DNA from: Styela clava
Lineage: Eukaryota
Assembly: GCF_964204865.1 (NCBI RefSeq)
Contig: NC_135262.1
Location: 15,066,001 to 15,130,000, forward strand
DNA: 64,000 nt
Direction of reading: 5' to 3'
This document shows positions 1 to 12,346 of the stretch, in pieces. The notes below the pieces were generated by a model that made no database searches, was not told the origin of the DNA, and saw only the letters and a program-made list of their open reading frames with translations. The position numbers and the translations under genes are program-made. How positions within the stretch are numbered: the first letter of the stretch is position 1; every line of letters begins with the position of its first letter.

Positions 1-124
1 GAAAGTTTATAGGTTTAACGTGCTGTTTAATGCTGTGCTTCATAAACAATAACAGCACAATTGCGATTGAGCAGACAATGTAAATGCTTGAGCATCTAAA
101 CAACAGTTTCTGGTTATATATCAT
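1..124 (-). CDS. 5' end of a third GT7/beta-1,4-galactosyltransferase-like paralog (runs off left edge)
   Basis: ATG at 124 opens MIYNQKLLFRCSSIYIVCSIAIVLLLFMKHSIKQHVKPINF, open to base 1. Bases 1-420 are near-identical to ~4095-4500 (N-terminus and upstream region of the adjacent paralog). Confidence 0.85.
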   Translation of the reverse strand, partial: MIYNQKLLFRCSSIYIVCSIAIVLLLFMKHSIKQHVKPINF

Positions 125-2051
125 GGCAGATAACAATGAAGATCTGAAAAATTATCAGGAAATTAAAATCACTCAAAATAATTCGGTTTTCAAAATTTTA
201 TAATCCTAAAAATAGGCAATCAGAGTCGAAATTTTCAACTGACCTAAAGGCATAGAAATGCAAAATGTTTCCGTAGACAAACTTTCTTCACCTTCGAATC
301 GAGGGTTGGAAAAGATTTTTTCTAACAGGCACTATATGTTCTCAATTTTGAGCGTTAAAAAATGCGTTTCAATAGACGGATCATAGCATGATTTCTGATA
401 AGGATCTCTAGAAAAAAAATTGCATAAATATTCTTTTCATTGACATTCCGAAAAAGTGATATAAATCAACAAAAAAAAATCTTGTTGAAATATAAACTAA
501 AGGAAACAAAAATTAAACATTTACACAAGATTAAAAATCGGGTTTTGTGTAGTTTGGGGAATATTTTAATAATGTGAACGGATTCAAAAATGATTAAATT
601 GTGTAGTTTTCTGCGGTATCTATGATGGCAGCGTGCTGTTCCAGTCTTACTAGAACTATCATATATTCTTTTAATTCAAATTCAGGCGTATATTTTAACC
701 GTGGAAAAAAACAATGTGCTATATAATGAAATAAATATATAAAGTACATTTATTAAGTTTACGAAAAGTAACATTTGCTCATATCAGTCGACGAGGGGTC
801 GCGAAAGGTTTGGCGAGTCATCTACTCAGCAACACCTTGTTGCTGAATTACAGCAGCAAATATAGCAAATGAACAACGCAACATGGAAGCGTCAATTGAT
901 AATACATATTTATAAAAACAACAACAACAGATTCCAAACAAACTACGGTAATGAGGTTAATCACAATGATTTATGGAATAATAGACGACGCACTGGTTTA
1001 TGTTAAGGATATTCCTCAATGAATACGGATGCGGTAAAAGTAATATGACCCATTTGACTAAGCATAATGTGTGAGCCAAAATGGCGCAACCCGCAACGAG
1101 CTTGTGACGGCGACAATTGATATTGGATCAATATTTTTCTGATGCTAGAAGTAAAAAAGACTACTGGCTCAATAAAAATGGTATAAGAGTGTGAAATCTG
1201 CAAAACACAAGGCAAATGCAGAGAAAAATGACAAGACAAAGCAATATACCACATGCAAGAACAAATCAAGATCCAACTTTCAAGTTAAAGCAACCATGGA
1301 AAACGTGAATTTGTATGGAAAGTATGTACTACAAGATTATATACTTGGTGCAAATGTGTTCCCTAACTAATTTCAACGATAAGCTTTGAGATATTAGATT
1401 TTAAATGCATGTTTATAGAAATATTCCTGGTGTGTATATGCTATAAACGTATCAGGGGGCATATTCTATAATCTGGCATAAAAAATTTTAATCGAGTTTT
1501 AGATATTTTTTGCACCAAAAATATGATGCAATTTTTTTAAGACTTCAATCTTTTTTTCCAAACTGTCCATCTTTAAAGAAAAGTATCACTTATATCACAA
1601 GTACACAACTGTATCCAGTGCAACACTCGTTGCACAATAGTAGATCAGTCGCGGCAAAAAGCCGCTTATATCATTGCCGTGAACTCCAATGTTATAATTT
1701 TCATACAATTTTAGTGACTTATTTCACAACTTGTTTTCCATTCTCTATATTTGCAGAAGATGCTCATTTTTGACAAATTCTGAAAAAGATTTCCAAAACG
1801 ATTTGAATAGTACAACGGGATTTCGTTAGATCGTTATCTCGCGACATCATTAAATGATTTTTTTACATTTGCACATAATTATAGTTATATAAAAAAAATT
1901 CAACTAGAACTCAATCTTCACTACTAGGAAATGGCAAGTGTTTGTGAGGATGTCATATTATTTGCGGTCGTTTCCTGATGGATGCAGTCGTTGTCCAACC
2001 AACAGATTGAATCCCACCACTTGATTGTCTACTCTACATTGTCAGAGTGCC

Positions 2052-4217
2052 TCACCCCGATTTCCCGCGTTTAGCAGCACCATTACCTGACAAAGTAGTC
2101 TTTTTCCAGTTTTCAAGCATTAGTTCATTTTGGTGATGTTGAATCATATTCGTAACAGCAGAGTCCTCCAGTTGAGACCGGTATAATAAAGGAAATTTTT
2201 GAAACAATCTTTTAGTTAGTATTTCTGTGAATTCTGTACTCCCTACTCTGGAGACGCGCAAGTGCTCTTTTAGTAGTTTGATTTCCATATCCGGAGTTGC
2301 TCCTCTAATCTCAAACCACCACTTCCATTTCATATGTGGACTGCCAAATTGATCTTTTATAACGCTTTCGCAAACATAGCAGCCTGGATAGAGAAGCAGC
2401 TTCATTTTTGGTGTTTTGATTCGAAAACTTTTCCGCTTTTCTATTAACGTCTCTCTATTAAATTTAGATTTTTCTATCACGACTTCAGACTTATTTGATG
2501 CACTCAAGCTAAAGAATTCCACTGAACGTGAATGTGTAAACATCAAAGAATCATATATTCCAAGTGACGTGTTAAAAACTTCCTCCCTCTCTTTCAGGAT
2601 TGCATTGTGTGCTGTATACACCGAAACCGAGTAACTTAATTTGACGTCTTCAAAATTATACACAAGAAGTTCAACCTCAGCTTGGTGTTCGATCGATTTC
2701 AATGGAAATTCATTCTGTAATATCACGGGTGCTTCAAATATTTGTAAATAACGAATATCCCTTGAACAAATTTTAACGTAAACCGAAATGTCTTCATGTT
2801 TTTCAATAAATATCCTTTGGCGATGACGACCTAATTTATATTTTAGAATATTTTCATGTAGATTAGAGGAAGAGCGTAGAAAATACACACCAGAAGACGT
2901 TTCCACAATAGATCCGCAATACCGTTGTAAATTTGTGCATTTTGACTTGGCTTCTTCTAGATTGAGGTATTGGATGTCGTATGTACCACTAACTTTTTGA
3001 CCTAATGTCAAGTTGACAGTTTTCCCTTCAAAATGTTTGTACGTGCATTCATGGTTAGGATATTGGTCTCCGGCATCCAGACCATATCCTCGAATGCGAA
3101 AATTCTCTTTTTCGTTGTCTAATCTATCATTCGTTATAAATGGGTTTTCTACTATCACTTCATTAGAATTTCCAACGAATCTAACGGATGCTTTATTGAC
3201 CACAAATATTCTAATGTCAACATTTATCTTTGTGTACAGTTTATGTTTAGAAATATTCTTTACGACGTATTTCATGTTGTCCATACCACTAGGATCAGAT
3301 CGTGGGAATACTATTTTTACCCAATCAAATTGTTTTGTATTCTTTGCTTGCAAATGGCTTCCAATACCACTTTTGGGGTCAAATTGCCAAGGATGTTCAT
3401 GTGGTATCATTTTATAACGACCGAATTGTGGATCGTTAGATTCTGATTTTAACCCTTTCAGTTTAAACCTGAATTCGATATCACTGTCTTCGCCACCCCA
3501 ACCGTAAAATCTGTTACTATGGCCGTTTACTAGCCTGTATTGATTGACTTTAATCGATCCCACGCCACCAAATCCCGTTCCGTACGCTACTTTATAGTTG
3601 AATTTATCAATGGCGGGGCACAAGTGACGTGGTGCATTACCGCAGATGTACAGGTTTCGATCATCTTCGAGTAGCATATCGACATCATGGAATACAAGAC
3701 AGTCAAAATCGTATCTCGCTTCATGTAAAATTTCCAAAACTCCCGCGTTCATTATACGACCTTTGTTAAATGCTCCATCGTCGTATTGTTCGGATACAAA
3801 CACACAATATTTCAACGATTGTCTTTGCAAAATTGGATGCAAGTGATGCAGAAGCGTTATGAGATCCTGATGTCGATTTTTGTACGGCACTATTATAGCC
3901 ACCGTCTGATTGGAATAGCAATCTTTCGGTTCGTAACACCCATTTATAACGCGCTCACCCGCCTCTTTTATGGCTGCATCCTCCGTTGGTACAAAAGATG
4001 AATTGACTTCGAGTTTCCCTATCAATCCTTCCGAATATACTGGACAAATTTCATTACTAGTGCTATGTTGATCCGAGTACTTCGCATATTGATGGAAGTT
4101 TATAGGTTTAAAGTGCTGTTTACTGCTCTGTTGCATGAACAATAACAGCACAACTGCGATTGAGCAGACACTGTAAATGCTTGAGCATATAAACAACAGT
4201 TTCTGGTTATATATCAT
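2052..4217 (-). CDS. GT7 family beta-1,4-galactosyltransferase-like type II membrane protein with long C-terminal extension (intronless, 721 aa)
   Basis: N-terminal TM segment; VAIIVPYKNR, FNKGRIMN, FHDVD (DxD), FGGV, GWGGEDSD and MIPH motifs. First ATG is 4217 (the ORF track starts at an upstream TTG); ttttcag acceptor ~20 nt upstream. Confidence 0.93.
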   Translation of the reverse strand: MIYNQKLLFICSSIYSVCSIAVVLLLFMQQSSKQHFKPINFHQYAKYSDQHSTSNEICPVYSEGLIGKLEVNSSFVPTEDAAIKEAGERVINGCYEPKDCYSNQTVAIIVPYKNRHQDLITLLHHLHPILQRQSLKYCVFVSEQYDDGAFNKGRIMNAGVLEILHEARYDFDCLVFHDVDMLLEDDRNLYICGNAPRHLCPAIDKFNYKVAYGTGFGGVGSIKVNQYRLVNGHSNRFYGWGGEDSDIEFRFKLKGLKSESNDPQFGRYKMIPHEHPWQFDPKSGIGSHLQAKNTKQFDWVKIVFPRSDPSGMDNMKYVVKNISKHKLYTKINVDIRIFVVNKASVRFVGNSNEVIVENPFITNDRLDNEKENFRIRGYGLDAGDQYPNHECTYKHFEGKTVNLTLGQKVSGTYDIQYLNLEEAKSKCTNLQRYCGSIVETSSGVYFLRSSSNLHENILKYKLGRHRQRIFIEKHEDISVYVKICSRDIRYLQIFEAPVILQNEFPLKSIEHQAEVELLVYNFEDVKLSYSVSVYTAHNAILKEREEVFNTSLGIYDSLMFTHSRSVEFFSLSASNKSEVVIEKSKFNRETLIEKRKSFRIKTPKMKLLLYPGCYVCESVIKDQFGSPHMKWKWWFEIRGATPDMEIKLLKEHLRVSRVGSTEFTEILTKRLFQKFPLLYRSQLEDSAVTNMIQHHQNELMLENWKKTTLSGNGAAKRGKSG

Positions 4218-4922
4218 GGCAAATAACAATGAAAATCTGAAAAAGTATCAGAAAATTAAAATCACTCAAAATAATTCGGTTTTTAAAATTTCATATATAC
4301 TCCTAAAAATAAGCAATCAGAGTCGAACTTTCCAACTGAACCTAGACCCTTGGAAATGCAAAATGTTTTTGAAGATTTCTACACTATCGAGTCGAGGGTC
4401 GGAGTAGATTTTTGCTAATAGGCACTGAGTGTTCTCAATTTGGAGTGTTAAAAAAGGCGTTTCAAGAGACAGATCATAGCATGATTTCTAATCAGGCGCT
4501 TTAGAAAAGTTTCATAATTTTTAGAAACTGGTGACCGTGCTAGTTTCCGTGTATAAAAACCAGGTTATAAACTATTTTTATACGAATAATCTTAAAACAA
4601 TAAATATATACATAAGTTCCAATGCACTTACATGCAGTTACTCCTATGAGTCGCCACTAGGCCTGCTTTTGCCATACTATTATGCCTTACTATCGTAATT
4701 TCTTTCTCATGCAATGAAGCTACAGAATAAAAGACTTCCTCGGACCATCTAATTCAACTTTTGATACGAGGCAACTGGTTGATTTGCTGGTTTTGCCGTT
4801 GCTGCCCCAGGCTATAAAGATGTATTGTGTATGTGACTACGTAAGCTGCATTCACATGCCACGCTCCACATAAATCTATTACAAAACTTTTGGAACGCCT
4901 GGTATAACGCTGGTTGTCATTA

Positions 4923-5047
4923 TAGTGCTGGGCATTTCGAATCTAATATTCGAATAGTAAATTACACGAATCGGGTCAGAGCAAAATTTCGAAAAAATAT
5001 TCGATATAATTCTGAAATCATCAGATATTCGAAAATGCCCAGCCCTA
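4923..5047. mobile_element. Short hAT-like MITE
   Basis: Ends tagtgctgggcatttcgaat ... attcgaaaatgcccagcccta; internal ttcgaa repeats; absent from the other duplication arm. Confidence 0.65.
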
Positions 5048-5134
5048 GTTGTCAACTGTGCACCCTACTCATTTGCTGCCATAACGGGATCGCTGATTTT
5101 CAAGACATTGCAAGGTGTGCGAATGCCTTGTATC

Positions 5135-5216
5135 CAGTGGTGGGATTCGCTAATCTCATAAAATGGCGCGAGACGGTTCTATAGAACCGGTGCGAACCGG
5201 CTGAATTCCGCTACTG
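5135..5216. mobile_element. 82-bp hAT MITE
   Basis: TIR cagtggtgggattc...gaattccgctactg; exact 8-bp TSD cttgtatc (5127-5134, 5217-5224). Related copy at ~17233-17323. Confidence 0.8.
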
Positions 5217-6526
5217 CTTGTATCCCATCAATGGTTAGAAATATTTGATCTGGCCCATTTCGGCTGTCTGAACTAATTTACATGGACGGATTCAGGGTTG
5301 ATCTATTTGTATAGTTCCCATTGTATATTTTGATGTTGTTTTGCTGTGTTACTGGTATTTTTTTTATGTTGGATCTGGGGATTTTCACTCTTCTTCCTTG
5401 TGGAGTGTCGAGTTTAGTTTGCTTGCCGGTCGCCGGTCCGCGGAAAGATTACTACCGGTCCGCAGAAAGGTGACCTAAAAACGGATGAGTCCCTAAAAAC
5501 ACCAGACCAGACCAGACAAACACAACACATCTGTGCAGCATGTCTGACTTGACAAACATTTACCACGTCAATAGTTATGTCTGAATAAACATCAATGTGA
5601 ATTCTCGAATGACTGCTCCCCAATATCTAACAAAATTGAGAGTGTAGATATAGCGGGAACATCATTCGCGAAGTAAAGGACTTTCAAGCGCAAATACAAT
5701 GAATTTTATTTTCAATATGGATTCATAGCCGTGACAGCAACGAAATTTATCCACTTTGCGTACTTTGTCATAATAAACTTTTAAATAATGCAATGAAGCT
5801 TTAGAAACTTCTTCGAGCGATGAGATTGTCTCGTCGACGATGAGATTGTGTTATATAGGCAGTTTATTTAAATTTCAAATAATAATGAGTTGAAAAACAT
5901 CTTTGCGAAATATACCTCGGCAGTTTTTTCGTCTTTAATCATATATGAATACCCAGACGTTTGCGAGCGGACAGGTTGCCGACCACTGCCTCAGCTAGAC
6001 CTCGCGGACCGGCGAGGAAAAATTTTGAACTGAAATTTTTGTAGAATGTTAGGTTTTTAACACTTGCGAAGCTTTTTCGCGACAAATCGTACAATAAAAG
6101 TGTGATTTCTTGGCGCCAGGACATTGTCAAGGCAATGAACACCTATCCAACACGAGAACGAGAACCTATCAAACAAAGAAATCGCTTAACAATGCAATGC
6201 AGCTTCGCCTTTTCGGTTTGCAATTGGAAATCACTGATCTAACGAAATCTCATAAATACTTGCTATTTCGCGTAAAGAGATTGGTATTCTTATATCGTCT
6301 AGAATTCTAGATGAATAATTATAAAAATAACCATTTTATTACTGAAAAACGTTTTTCGTTAGCAAAGATTTGCGAAAGAATTATTTGCTCATCATTTTGA
6401 TCCCTGTGATATTGTAGCTTGATCAAATAAAATTGCAAAACCAACGACTATGGGCTGCGCTAATTCTAGATCCGAAAGGTGGTATACACTTTGGTTTTTT
6501 GGTTTTTATACGCAACATCTATAGAC

Positions 6527-6707
6527 CAACGGTTCCCAAAGTGGGTGTCAGAGACTCAAGAATGTTTTTGACCGAAATGAGGCCAGATATTATCAAGCTG
6601 GTGGTATTTCACTAGGCTCAACCTTCACATTATACTAATGATAAATGGAGTTTAAGTTGCTTTGACTTTTTTGGTCAAGGAGGCAGAAAAAAGTTTGGGA
6701 AACACTG
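6527..6707. mobile_element. hAT (Charlie-type) MITE
   Basis: Ends caacggttcccaaagtg ... aagtttgggaaacactg; TSD imperfect. Confidence 0.55.
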
Positions 6708-7090
6708 ATCTATACAATCTCAATTGATGAACAGAGAATTTCCCAATAATGATCAAATACTCAAATAAAATACAGCAGTTTCTATTTATTTTCCGTCGAA
6801 ACTGAGAAAAAAGAAATCATGCTTAATCTAATATAATACTAATTATGCACTTATATCCATGTTAGGTTGAAGGTACAATCATTAAGGCTATTAAGCTTTT
6901 TGAAGCGTTGGATGCATTTTCTGTGCAAACATCATAAGTTTCTCAATATACTTTTATCGCACACTCGAGGCATTAAAATTCAAATCACAATCCTAACAGT
7001 GAACAGTATTACATCTTGAAAGCAGATATTCCAGAACAGCGATATCAAAGTGATCGATATGATCCGCGAAAAGTCAAAAATCGTCGAATG

Positions 7091-7488
7091 TTTTTACTTA
7101 TCGATCTTAAGATCGGTAAGTATATTGATAGGTATTTGTATGTATGTCTGTCTGTGTGTGTGTGTGTCTGTTAGATGCACGCGATATCTCACGAAAGCGG
7201 GATTGAATCTGCTCCAGATTTTGCATGTGCATTCATCTTATCTCGGACCAGAATCCTATTGATTTTGGGCGAATTATGTCGTATAATTAGCGAGTTATCA
7301 ATCAATTATTGATATAGTGATCTAGATTTTTGTAAAGCGAGAGAATTTTGAAACCCGCCGAGTGTGTGTGTGCGATGCGCAGTGCGCAAGTTACAAGAGC
7401 GGATGAATCGAAACTGCAGTTTCTGTTTTGGGGGATCCCCTAACTATCGATCGATAAGTCTTCGGTTTCCAACCGATATTCTCGTTTT
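7091..7488 (+). mobile_element. Non-autonomous Helentron-type (DINE-1/HINE-like) element
   Basis: T-run start, subterminal IR acttatcgatc...gatcgataagt, 5' palindrome, (GTCT/GT)n microsatellite, 3' hairpin tcggtt-tcc-aaccga followed by ctcgtttt. Confidence 0.75.
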
Positions 7489-7494
7489 CAGTAT

Positions 7495-8611
7495 TGTGAA
7501 TGTTTTGGTCTGATTACTGTACCAGACACTTGTAATTACTGTGCCATTACTTGCTGTTTCTTAGAAATTATTATTTGTTTACATGTTTGTGAGGGTGCTG
7601 CTTTGGTGATGGTGACATATAGTTTGGAACAGGCCTGGAAGAAGGACCTGTATATGTGTATCTGCCTTGAGGGCGAATGAACTTTTCATGGTAGCAGAGG
7701 ATGGTTACTGCTCTTCGAGATGGCTTCATCAGTAACAGGACAAAACCCTCCTAAATTTAAAGATGATATGCCTTATAGTTAGGGTTACCATACGTCCCGT
7801 TTTAGGCGGGACAGTCCCACTTTTTACCGTCTTGTCCCGGCGTCCCGATCGGTCAACCAAAAGTGACGCTTTGACTTTCAGTCGGCTATCATAATGCACG
7901 AATAATACCAATTAGCATGTTCCATTTTGCGCTATTAGTACAAATTACGTTAACTTTTGTACTACTTACATATATTCATGACAGTAACTGTTTTGCTAAC
8001 AGCTAACCTCAGGTTAGTTGTCTAGTAATCTTGTATATATACATGTTTTGCTATAATGTTTCTGATCTATATTCTGTAATATAGAATTTAATATTCAAGA
8101 CTCCACAGACGTAGAATTTATGTTGTTGAATAAATTGAATGGATTTCCCAACTTCTGGGAATTTACTGTATTGCATTGATAAAAATAGTTGTCCGGCCCG
8201 TTTCAACACAGTTGGAGTCATACCTGGCTCGCGGTAAAAAAAAGTTTGGTGACCCCTGCTCTAAAGTCTAACAAGCAAGCACAAGATAGAGGACTAGGAA
8301 TAGAAGTAGCAATGTTGAAAGAGATGATGTCCAGCAAAGAGATTGCTAGAATCCGATGGTGTAACATCGTCAAACAGCTTGCAGATAACTTGACGAAAAA
8401 GGGGTCACCATCGTCAAATCTGCTGGACATTATACAATGCAATGAATTTAAAAACTTTCCAATATTCATTTTATGAAATAATCGTGAGTTTGTGAATGTT
8501 TTGGTCTGATTACTTTACTAGACACTTGTAATCATTGCGTCATTGCTTGTTAGTGATATATATAAGTTAGAACATGCCTGGAGGACTTGCCTTAAGCGAA
8601 TAGATTTTTCA
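7495..8611 (+). mobile_element. Internally deleted Ty1/copia (GalEa-like) LTR retrotransposon
   Basis: LTRs TG...CA at 7495-7688 and 8491-8611; 18-nt initiator-Met tRNA PBS tggtagcagaggatggtt (7689-7706); gag start MASSVTGQNPPKF at 7720; RNase H end IEVAMLKEM...IRW...QLADNLTK (~8270-8450); TSD agtat/aatat. Confidence 0.85.
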
Positions 8612-10537
8612 AATATGACGTGGATATTTAGGCCGTGAACATCGGTATTATATCGGTAAACTATATTTTCGCGAATTCTCTCTATCTCACAAGTATTCCC
8701 CTGGAAATATGCCAGAGAACGTCGATAAAGATTTATTTCTCGTTCGGAACTGTGCGTAAAGTGTGAAAAACTCGTTATTATGATATCATCTGGGACGAGA
8801 CGCTAAATACAACCTAACAATTGAATACGCAAGTCCAATTTCCACTGAAAATTGAATATTAGGAATAAAAATTGGTATCATAATATATGTATAAATAAAA
8901 GGAAAAAAACATAAATTTTGTGTTACGAGTGCCGCGACAGGTTAAAAACTCTATTTTAGACGTGGTTAAATCGCAAAATTCCGTAATTTTTGATCGAAAA
9001 CTGTACCGTGGTCACCCGAAGTTTATTCATTCCAATATCCATTATTAAATTACCTCTGGATTGCACACGACTCCTTTATTGTGATGAGGATATAAAACTA
9101 ATTAATGTAATAATGTAAAATTTTATGCTTACGGCGATATCTTGAAAATAATTTTGAGCGGCTCAAATTTAACAAATTACCAAGATCGCAATAAACGAAT
9201 CAATTCTGATTACAGTCGGGCAGTATATTATGTATATTTATGTACGCAGATTGCAGTATTTTAGAGCAATAATATTTTTATTTCATTGTTAGTAGGCGCA
9301 ACGGCGAGTTACGTTGAAAATAATTAAATTAATATGGTAAATTAATTAATTAATAAACGGGAATTTTATCGAACGGCATAATCGCCAGCTACGACTGTTT
9401 CAATCGGAAATTCCGTTTCCGATTTTAATGTAGTATAGACAGTGCAAGTTATCCGGCATTTTTGACGCAGTTTAACTGTTGATTCTTTCGTATATAATAT
9501 CTCATTTGTTGAAACGGGGTCATTAAATCAAATAATGGTGAGGATGATTAGAGATTGTATCTGACTGAATGTCTTCAAATATTAAAAAACCTTGTTGAAA
9601 TTGATCAATCTTATCAAAAAAACCTAGTCCTTTGAATACTCTATTCGATTCATTGATTTGCAAAAAATTTATTTGTCACACCATGTTTTGTTGTAATGCT
9701 GGGGGACGATGATAACGCAAAAAGTAATGTAAGAGGCGACGACATAAAAAAAAGTTTGAGAACCACTGGTTTAGATGGAAGGTATATTAATTTTATTCTA
9801 ATTTTTCATTTTTGAATTGATCCAGAAAAACACAATTGTCCATAGAAAGAAATTTAGAAAGTTTGAACACACGCACAGACATACACCCGAGAAGAAAAAT
9901 CGGCTTTTGAAAAAAAAAATTTTCTTCGAATGAATCCGCTTGGAATAGATCCAAGCTAACGAGAAATTGTTGGAGCCAAGTGCGTTTAAAGCTTCTCTAT
10001 TTAAAAAAAAAATTTTTGACAGTAGCACTTTGTATTACTTAATCAATACTTTAGGAACGCTGATTACTATCTTAAAAAGCAGTGGTTCTCAACCTTCGAA
10101 GGAAAGTTTGTACCCGGCGGACCGGTATAACGTTAAATGTATAAATTGTAGGACTACTCACGGACGGCAATATAATTGTTTGAAGCGAATGAAACAGCTG
10201 TGGTGGTTTGATGAGAATGTTTAACAGCAAATGTTCGAGTAATTATAGACTGATACAATTACTGGCGATAACTTGAATTCCCAACATCAAGAGCGTAAAT
10301 AAAGAAAGAGAAATTGAAAATGAGTTATGATAAGTTTTATTTCTTTAACGGTTCTCTGATCTTCCAATAATGAATCCTAATTGTATATTTCTGCTAAACA
10401 ACGTATACGAATATGACCATCATAAATATAGGTTAAAAAATTATTTTACCTTGAAGACTTTTTGAGAATTTTTTTTACTATTAGGAATTTTTCTGAAATT
10501 GAGCCCGCGACTCTATTTCTGGTTATTCGCAGACAAG

Positions 10538-10682
10538 ATAGGATAGGATTTACGTATTTTTTCCGGGGGTTAACCATACGGCGAACCACGGCCTCTCGTT
10601 CTGTTACCATTCCATGCTGGGTATGGGATTAGTTAGTTACTTGTTTTTGGAAGCATGGACTTGATGGTGGAGGAAGCCGTGA
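10538..10682 (-). mobile_element. tRNA-derived SINE, 3' part
   Basis: (TAGGA)n tail and body matching 29325-29506 and 31746-31900. Confidence 0.7.
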
Positions 10683-10843
10683 TAGTCCGGGAAATAAGGG
10701 ACCTTTTTGGGCCCAACCTTGTTTTCAGACATAAAGTTTTTTTTTTAATTGTGATTATTCATCTTGGGGTCATTGCCCATCATTTCTACATGGGTGAGAT
10801 GTTTGCAGCCTTGAGCAATTTTTCACGGTTCGATATTTGTATT

Positions 10844-10955
10844 AGTGTTTTTCGTCAAATTTGTGCACCATAATGGAGCACAACCTGAACCCTAACCTAT
10901 TACGATACTATGTTCAGGTTGTGCGCCATCTTGGTGCACAAACTACGGAAGCACC
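10844..10955. mobile_element. Palindromic MITE with CCCTAA core
   Basis: tttgtgcaccataatggagcacaacctgaac ... gttcaggttgtgcgccatcttggtgcacaaa; related to 18942-19171. Confidence 0.65.
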
Positions 10956-11879
10956 AAATTTACTAGGAAAAAAAATCAATACCTTTTAGGTATTTGTTAA
11001 ACCCAGCTTTGGGTCGCAACCCATATATATGAAAATAATGTTAAAACATACGCGTAAAATAAAGAGAACTATTTCAAAATACACGCTTTTGTTGCAATTA
11101 ACAATACAAGCCTGCTAGTGCAGCCGGTAGTGGTTCAAGTGGATATACACCGGTGGAGAACAGTCAATTATTTGTTAGCAAGGATTGTTATGCAGCGGGA
11201 TGATCACGGCAATGCAGTGAAAGATAATTCTATCACGAGAACAAGAATGGGAAAATTGCTACATTTTATAGTATATCCATGGGAAAGAATGTAGTTCATT
11301 CTTATGTTTCGTCCCAATGCTTTTCAAACTACCAAAGACTCTCAACACTTTTGCTTCTTCTCTTCTATAAAAATACATTGTTATTTTATATTCGCATTTC
11401 CATCTGTTTGTTCGTGCTCCCAGATAACCGATCAGTGAACTCCAAGGAGACCGGGGTCCGATTTCAAGAAACCCTGTCATAAACTAAAAGAGGCGACAGT
11501 GCTTCTCTTGCCTGTTGTCGTGCTGTCCCTCGAATTCAGCTACAACAAAAAAAAATCACGAAGACGGGTTCTAGATTTTATGATTTCATTAAGTCTTAAA
11601 ATGTTTTGTGTCTATAGGCATGCAGAAAGCCCAAAATAACGCTATAATAGAAAGCCAGCAAGGCGTAAGGCAGGGTAAAAAATTGAGTAAAACTACCTTT
11701 TGAGTGATGTAGTATACGAAGATGTGATACAAAAGATTTGTTTATTTCCTGAAATGCGCTCTGCCAGCCCTTTAAAACGAGCCATGAGTGCCATTTTGAA
11801 TCGAAACTATCTGGGAGGAGATATAGATACATAAAGGTGCCATAGTCGCTTACGCACTTGGTCACTTATTACTCTATAT

Positions 11880-12310
11880 AACATTATCGCAGAAAAATCG
11901 AAGCCATCCTCAGATTGAGAATTCGTCAAGAAATTTATATATATTATGTTATGTATTGTTCGGGTTGCCAATGTTTTACCGCCGGAAATGAAAGAGATGT
12001 TTGCAAAATTAGCCTGTAAAGACATACCATAACTCGTGTCGTGTTGAAGAGCTTGGGAACTCTATAGCAGAAACTTTAATTGCAAGATCGGGAAAATTTT
12101 CATTGTATTCCTCGTCGCTTGACAAAAGCACTGACATCAAGGTGACTGCTAAGTTGGCGATCTTCTTGCGATCTTATTGATGATTTTGAAATTACTGAAG
12201 AGCTCGCAGCAATTACCCCTATTAAGGGATAGACTAGAGACCTTGATTGGTTGGAAGCTGTGATGAAAATGCTCAAGCGTCTTGGCTTGTCTTTGGCGAA
12301 ACTTTCGGGA
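11880..12310 (+). pseudogene. Degraded hAT (Buster/SPIN/GTF2IRD2-like) transposase fragment
   Basis: Frameshifted pieces read IAEKSKPSSD*EFVK, LDKSTDIKVTAKLAIFLR and DFEITEELAAITPIKG (cf. LDESTD..AQLAIFIR..EEL). A hAT 3' terminus atgtggccc...aaaagttggacgaccctg lies at ~13966-14000. Confidence 0.8.
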
Positions 12311-12346
12311 ATTCTTTGTTTTTTCATTAACCTGTAGTCAGTGTAG

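Larger units (their letters stand above)
436..5080. repeat. Left arm of inverted segmental duplication (partner ~14300-18487)
   Basis: ttcattgacattccgaaaaa (~437) is the reverse complement of ~18467-18487; 4741-4915 is the reverse complement of ~14335-14510. Includes the GT7 gene and flanks. Boundaries approximate. Confidence 0.88.

Noticed and set aside
2416-4001. Short + strand ORFs here and their mirror ORFs at 15255-16840
   Set aside because: Antisense shadows of the GT7 CDS; they are conserved only because the gene is duplicated.
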